Shown one piece after another: positions 36,132 through 40,376 of a DNA stretch of 40,376 nt. The notes under the pieces were generated by a model. It worked only from the letters and a program-made list of their open reading frames with translations, did no database searches and had not been told where the DNA came from. Numbering within the stretch: position 1 is the first letter of the stretch; each line of letters starts with the position of its first letter. A program made the position numbers and the translations under genes. The stretch is from Solirubrobacteraceae bacterium (GTDB lineage: Bacteria > Actinomycetota > Thermoleophilia > Solirubrobacterales > Solirubrobacteraceae), in assembly GCA_051986255.1 (NCBI GenBank), contig JBPYDM010000146.1, positions 1 to 40,376 of the forward strand. Reading direction: 5' to 3'.

Positions 36132-38222
36132 ATGGCCCTTCGGCGCTCTGTCGCCGGAAAGAGCGCGCGTGCCGCCGCCGGTGCCGCGCTGATCGTCGCC
36201 GCCGCCGGGGCGGCATCCCTCGCCTCCTCCGCCGGAGCCACCAGCTCGCCCACGCCTGCCGCCGACTGCCAGCCGTTCAGCTCTCAGCCCTGCCTGCTGC
36301 CGTTCCCCAACAACCTCTTCACCCGGAAGGACAGCTCGACTCCAACAGGACTGCGCGTCCACCTTCCGGCCAACGCCATGCCGGCCAACAGCCAGGGACA
36401 GCGCGTCAGCGTCGCCGAGTACGACCGCAACGACGGCTTCAGCCCCGGCAGCGCGATGATCGTGCACGTTCCGGGACTGGACAATCCCACAGCCTTCGCC
36501 AAGACCAATCCCGTGGGCCTGCTGAACATGAAGGCAGCGTTTGCCCAGAATCAGCCAATCGTTGTCATCGACGAGGCGACCGGCCAGCGCCAGCTCATCT
36601 ACTCAGAGCTCGACGCCAATGCTCCCACCGCTCAGGACACCAACCTCTTGATCATGCCCGGACGCGAGCTGACCGACGGTCACACGTATATCGTCGCGCT
36701 CCGCAACCTCAAGAACTCCTCCGGCCAAACGATCAACGCCCCCTCGTGGTTCGAGAAGCTCCGCGACCACAAGCCGCTCCCGGCACACGAGAGATCGCAG
36801 GCCGGGCGGTACAAGCGCATTTTCGCCGCCCTTAAGTCGGCTGGCATCCGCCGGGACAACCTCTACGAGGCGTGGGATTTCACCGTCGGCTCGGAGAAGA
36901 GCCTCACCGGGCGACTGCTGTCGATCCGCAATAACGCCTTTGCCCAACTCGGCGACCACAACCTGGCCGACGGCAAGGTTCAGGGCCACGCCCCCAGCTT
37001 CACTGTCACGCAGACCAGCTCGCTCTCGCCAGAGCTGAACGACATCCAAGGCACGTTCCAGATTCCGTGCTACCTGATCACCTGCGGCGCCACTGCCACC
37101 ACGGGCTTCCACTACAGCTCGACCAGCCCGGACGCGCTGCCCACGCAGATCAAGGGCAACGTGGCCACGGCGCCGTTCGAGTGCATCGTCCCGACCTCGG
37201 CCACTCCTACGGACCCCGCTCGCCTCTCGCTCTACGGCCACGGGCTGCTTGGCTCCCACAGCGAAGTGGAGTCCGGTTGGGTGCAGGCGCTGGCCACGGA
37301 GCACAACATGGCCTTCTGCGCCACAGACTGGTGGGGCCTGGCTCAGGGAGACACAAAGCTGGCGATCGACGCCTCCTCGAACCTCGATCTGTTCTCAGTG
37401 CTCGTGGACCGTCTCCAGCAGGGCGTCCTCAACACGCTGTATCTCGGGCGGCTGATGCGCAGTCCCCACGGCCTTGCCACCAACACCGCCTTCCAATCGG
37501 GTGGTAAGCCCGTGATCGATACCTCCAACCTGTACTACGACGGCAACAGCCAGGGAGGGATCGAGGGCGGCCTGACCACCGCCGTCGCCCCTGATTTCAC
37601 GCGGGCGGTGCTCGGGGTGACCGGGATCGACTACGGAAACCTGCTGATCCAGCGGAGCACGGACTTCACTCCCTTCAAGAACATCCTCGAGCAGCACTAC
37701 CCGGACCAGTCGATGTATCCGGTCATAACCGACCTGATGCAGCAGCTCTGGGACCGTGGCGACCCTGATGGCTACGCCGCCCACATGACCTCACACCCTC
37801 TACCCGACACCCCATCGCACTCCGTTCTGATGCAGATCGCCTACGGCGATTTCCAGGTCAGCATGTATGCCGGGGCAGCTGAGGCCAGGACCATGGGGGC
37901 CAGCGTGTACGAGCCGGCCCTCGGTCCGGCGAGATCGCGGGACCACAATCTGTTCTACGGCATTCCAGCCATCTCAAAGTTCCCGTTTACCGGCTCAGCC
38001 ATCGAGATCTGGGACAGCGGCCCGGGCCGCGTCCAGCCGCCGCCGGTGGGCAACATCCCGCCCACGGCGTCCTCGAGCCCACCGGTCAACATGGACCCGC
38101 ACGAGGATCCGCGAAATACTCCGGCCGCCCAGACGCAGATCTCAGACTTCCTGGAGCCGAACGGCACGGTCGTCGATGTGTGCGGCGGCAAGCCCTGCCA
38201 CACATCGGTATACACGCCCTAG
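36132..38222 (+). CDS. large secreted alpha/beta-hydrolase (lipase/esterase-like) with N-terminal domain
   Basis: Ala-rich signal peptide; LPFPNN, DGFSP, YGHGLLG, GNSQGG nucleophile elbow, GDFQV, C-terminal DPH. Confidence 0.8.
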   Translation: MALRRSVAGKSARAAAGAALIVAAAGAASLASSAGATSSPTPAADCQPFSSQPCLLPFPNNLFTRKDSSTPTGLRVHLPANAMPANSQGQRVSVAEYDRNDGFSPGSAMIVHVPGLDNPTAFAKTNPVGLLNMKAAFAQNQPIVVIDEATGQRQLIYSELDANAPTAQDTNLLIMPGRELTDGHTYIVALRNLKNSSGQTINAPSWFEKLRDHKPLPAHERSQAGRYKRIFAALKSAGIRRDNLYEAWDFTVGSEKSLTGRLLSIRNNAFAQLGDHNLADGKVQGHAPSFTVTQTSSLSPELNDIQGTFQIPCYLITCGATATTGFHYSSTSPDALPTQIKGNVATAPFECIVPTSATPTDPARLSLYGHGLLGSHSEVESGWVQALATEHNMAFCATDWWGLAQGDTKLAIDASSNLDLFSVLVDRLQQGVLNTLYLGRLMRSPHGLATNTAFQSGGKPVIDTSNLYYDGNSQGGIEGGLTTAVAPDFTRAVLGVTGIDYGNLLIQRSTDFTPFKNILEQHYPDQSMYPVITDLMQQLWDRGDPDGYAAHMTSHPLPDTPSHSVLMQIAYGDFQVSMYAGAAEARTMGASVYEPALGPARSRDHNLFYGIPAISKFPFTGSAIEIWDSGPGRVQPPPVGNIPPTASSSPPVNMDPHEDPRNTPAAQTQISDFLEPNGTVVDVCGGKPCHTSVYTP

Positions 38223-38303
38223 GGGCGTCCACTAGCCGACTGGATCCGTCCGGGGTGGTGGCGCCGCCGCGGGCGGCGATCAAATCGGTCGGGCCCGCGC
38301 TCC

Positions 38304-39434
38304 CTACGCCGCGGCGCCGGCCAGCGTCCGCTCGGCCACCCGGTCGGTGGAGTCGTGCGTCCCGCCCAGCAGCCGCCGGGAGAGCTGCGCCCGGCGGAAG
38401 AACAACGGGGCGTCGTGCTCCCAGGTGGCCCCGATGCCGCCGTGGACGTTGATCATCGAGCGGGCGGCGAAGTCGAGGGCCCGGCCTGCGGCCGAGCGAG
38501 CCGCGCTGGCCGCCAGAGGGAACTCCTCCGGCTTATCGGCCCGGGCCCAGCCGGCGTAGTACCCCAGCCCGCGGGCGTTCTCCAGCAGACGCAGGACCTC
38601 GGTGAGCTCGTGCTTGATCGCCTGGTAGGAGCCGATCGCCCGCCCGAACGTGAACCGCTCCTTCGCGTAGGCCACACTGGTGTCCAGGCAGGTCTGAACG
38701 GCGCCGATCGACTCGCCGGCGATCAGCGCCTGGGCCACGTACCAGGCATCGGCCAGGACGTCGGCCTGCACGTCAAGGCGCCGGCCCCGTGCGCCCGACA
38801 GCGTCACGTGACCCAGCGGTCGGGTGGCGTCGTAGCGCACGACCGGGTCCACCTGGACGCCCTCGGCGTCGGCGGCGAGGACAGCCGCTACCGGCGAGCC
38901 GTCTTCGAGGCAGCCCACGGCCACGAGCAGGTCGGCCCCAGGTGCGTCAGGGACAAATGCGCAGGTGCCCTCCAGGGCCACCTCGGATCCGTCCAGAACC
39001 GCTCGCGGCGCGGCCGGCCGGGCCAGGCCCGAGGGCGGCTCGACCGTCCATCCGTCCTCGAGCTCGCTGGGGGGACGGGCCGGCAGGTAGGTCGGCCTGA
39101 CCTCACCGGCGGCGACCTCGCGAAGCGACTCATCGCCGGCCCCGTCCAGGATCGCCGTGGCTGGGACCAGCCCGAGCAGCGGGACCGCGGCCAGGACGCG
39201 GCCACACTCCTCGGCCACCAGCATGGCATCGAACACTCCCAGTCCGGCCCCACCGTGCTCCTCGTCGATCAGCAGCCCGGGCCATCCGGCCTCGACGGCC
39301 GTGGGCCACAGGTCAGGCAGAGCCTCGGGGTTCTCCAGGGCCTGCCGCGCCGCTTCGATCGTCTTGTGACGGGCCAGCGCGCCGCGGGCGGCCTCGCGAA
39401 GGAATTCCTGCTCGTCGGACAGGGCGAGGTTCAT
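38304..39434 (-). CDS. acyl-CoA dehydrogenase (probable partner subunit)
   Basis: LSDEQEFLR, GWPGLLIDEEHGGAG, ERFTFGRAIGSYQAIKH, VHGGIGATWEHD. Confidence 0.92.
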   Translation of the reverse strand: MNLALSDEQEFLREAARGALARHKTIEAARQALENPEALPDLWPTAVEAGWPGLLIDEEHGGAGLGVFDAMLVAEECGRVLAAVPLLGLVPATAILDGAGDESLREVAAGEVRPTYLPARPPSELEDGWTVEPPSGLARPAAPRAVLDGSEVALEGTCAFVPDAPGADLLVAVGCLEDGSPVAAVLAADAEGVQVDPVVRYDATRPLGHVTLSGARGRRLDVQADVLADAWYVAQALIAGESIGAVQTCLDTSVAYAKERFTFGRAIGSYQAIKHELTEVLRLLENARGLGYYAGWARADKPEEFPLAASAARSAAGRALDFAARSMINVHGGIGATWEHDAPLFFRRAQLSRRLLGGTHDSTDRVAERTLAGAAA

Positions 39435-40375
39435 GTGGCCAGCGCCTCCTTCTCCTTGGCCCGCAGCTCGCTGAACGGCACGCCCTTGTCCAGGCGGGGC
39501 TCGGGCGGCAGGCCCAGGACCCGCTCACCGATGGTGTTGCGCAGGATCTGCTCGGTCCCTCCGGCCGACTTCAGCCCGGGCAGGAAGGAGATCAGATAGC
39601 TCCAATCGTTGTGGGCCTCGAGCGCCTCCGGCCCCACGACGTCCGCCCCCAGATCCGTCGCCGCGATGGCCGCGTTGACCATCGTGACCTTGGCCAGGCC
39701 GGCCTCGGGGCCAGGAATCTGCCCCCGCTGGAGCATGGTCAGCGCGCGGTAGCCGTTGAACCGGACGGCCATCAGCTCGCTCAAGACAATGCCCAGGCGC
39801 TGTCGGACGTCGGAGTCGCGGCGAGCGATGGCATCGCCGGCCACCGCCGCGGCCAGGCGAGCCGGGGAGCCGAAGTTCTCGGATCCAAAGCCGATGGTCA
39901 GGCGCTCGAACATCAGCACGGTGAGCGCCGTGCCCCAGCCGTTGCCCACACCACCGACAACGCGGTCGTCGTCCAGGTGCACGTCGTCGAAGAACACCTC
40001 GTTGAACTCCGCCTCACCCGAGATCTGGCGCAGACCGCGGACGGTGACCCCCGGGGCATCCATTGGGACGATGAACATGGTCAGACCCTTGTGCTTGGGG
40101 ACATCCGGGTCGGTCCGGGCCAGGAGGAGCCCGAACGAGGCGAACTGGGCATTGGTCGTCCACACCTTCTGGCCGCTCAGGATCCATCCGCCGTCCTCGG
40201 AGGCGCGTGCCCGGGCCTGAATGGCCGCCAGGTCGGACCCGGCCGCAGGCTCGGAGAACAGCTGGCACCAGACCTCGTCGCCGTGGAGCATGGGTCCCAG
40301 GTGGCGGGACTTCTGCTCCTCAGTGCCGTGGGCGATCAGACACGGGCCGAGCATGCCGATCCCGATCACGTCCAG
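39431..40375 (-). CDS. acyl-CoA dehydrogenase, 5' end outside the window
   Basis: WCQLFSEPAAGSDLA, GQKVWTT, FNEVFFD, AGGTEQILRN; frame is open to the window edge. Confidence 0.93.
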   Translation of the reverse strand: MDVIGIGMLGPCLIAHGTEEQKSRHLGPMLHGDEVWCQLFSEPAAGSDLAAIQARARASEDGGWILSGQKVWTTNAQFASFGLLLARTDPDVPKHKGLTMFIVPMDAPGVTVRGLRQISGEAEFNEVFFDDVHLDDDRVVGGVGNGWGTALTVLMFERLTIGFGSENFGSPARLAAAVAGDAIARRDSDVRQRLGIVLSELMAVRFNGYRALTMLQRGQIPGPEAGLAKVTMVNAAIAATDLGADVVGPEALEAHNDWSYLISFLPGLKSAGGTEQILRNTIGERVLGLPPEPRLDKGVPFSELRAKEKEALAT

Positions 40376-40376
40376 G

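Noticed and set aside
1-40376. tRNA/rRNA genes, transposases, integrases, prophage or defence genes
   Set aside because: None recognised by eye; nearly all sequence is accounted for by housekeeping or metabolic CDS

Overview
GC-rich bacterial chromosome segment. Protein sequences and the many leaderless-type starts suggest Actinomycetota, possibly Thermoleophilia/Solirubrobacterales (inference from recalled family resemblance, no search run). 1-13.6 kb: str/S10/spc ribosomal cluster on the minus strand (rpsL-rpsG, then fusA-tuf-rpsJ...rpsH), interrupted between rpsG and fusA by an antisense membrane-protein gene and a hairpin/repeat-rich spacer. S17, L22 and S3 carry long low-complexity extensions. 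15-25 kb: hopanoid locus (NodB deacetylase, shc, hpnC, hpnD, hpnE, an HpnG-IspH fusion, hpnH, convergent hpnO). 25-40 kb: ald plus class III aminotransferase, DMT-like membrane protein, HAD protein, a MoaD/ThiS ubiquitin-like plus BNR beta-propeller pair, a TetR-containing aidB/fadE8-echA operon with two operators, GH114, a large secreted alpha/beta hydrolase and an acyl-CoA dehydrogenase pair. The most striking unannotated signal is that nine same-strand intergenic gaps are spanned by tiny ORFs (4-31 aa) that start on or next to the upstream stop and stop on the downstream start, suggesting a translational relay. Other signals are a 99-bp palindromic dispersed repeat (2 copies) and an attenuator-like fusA leader. 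All alignments and translations outside the supplied ORF track were done by hand.
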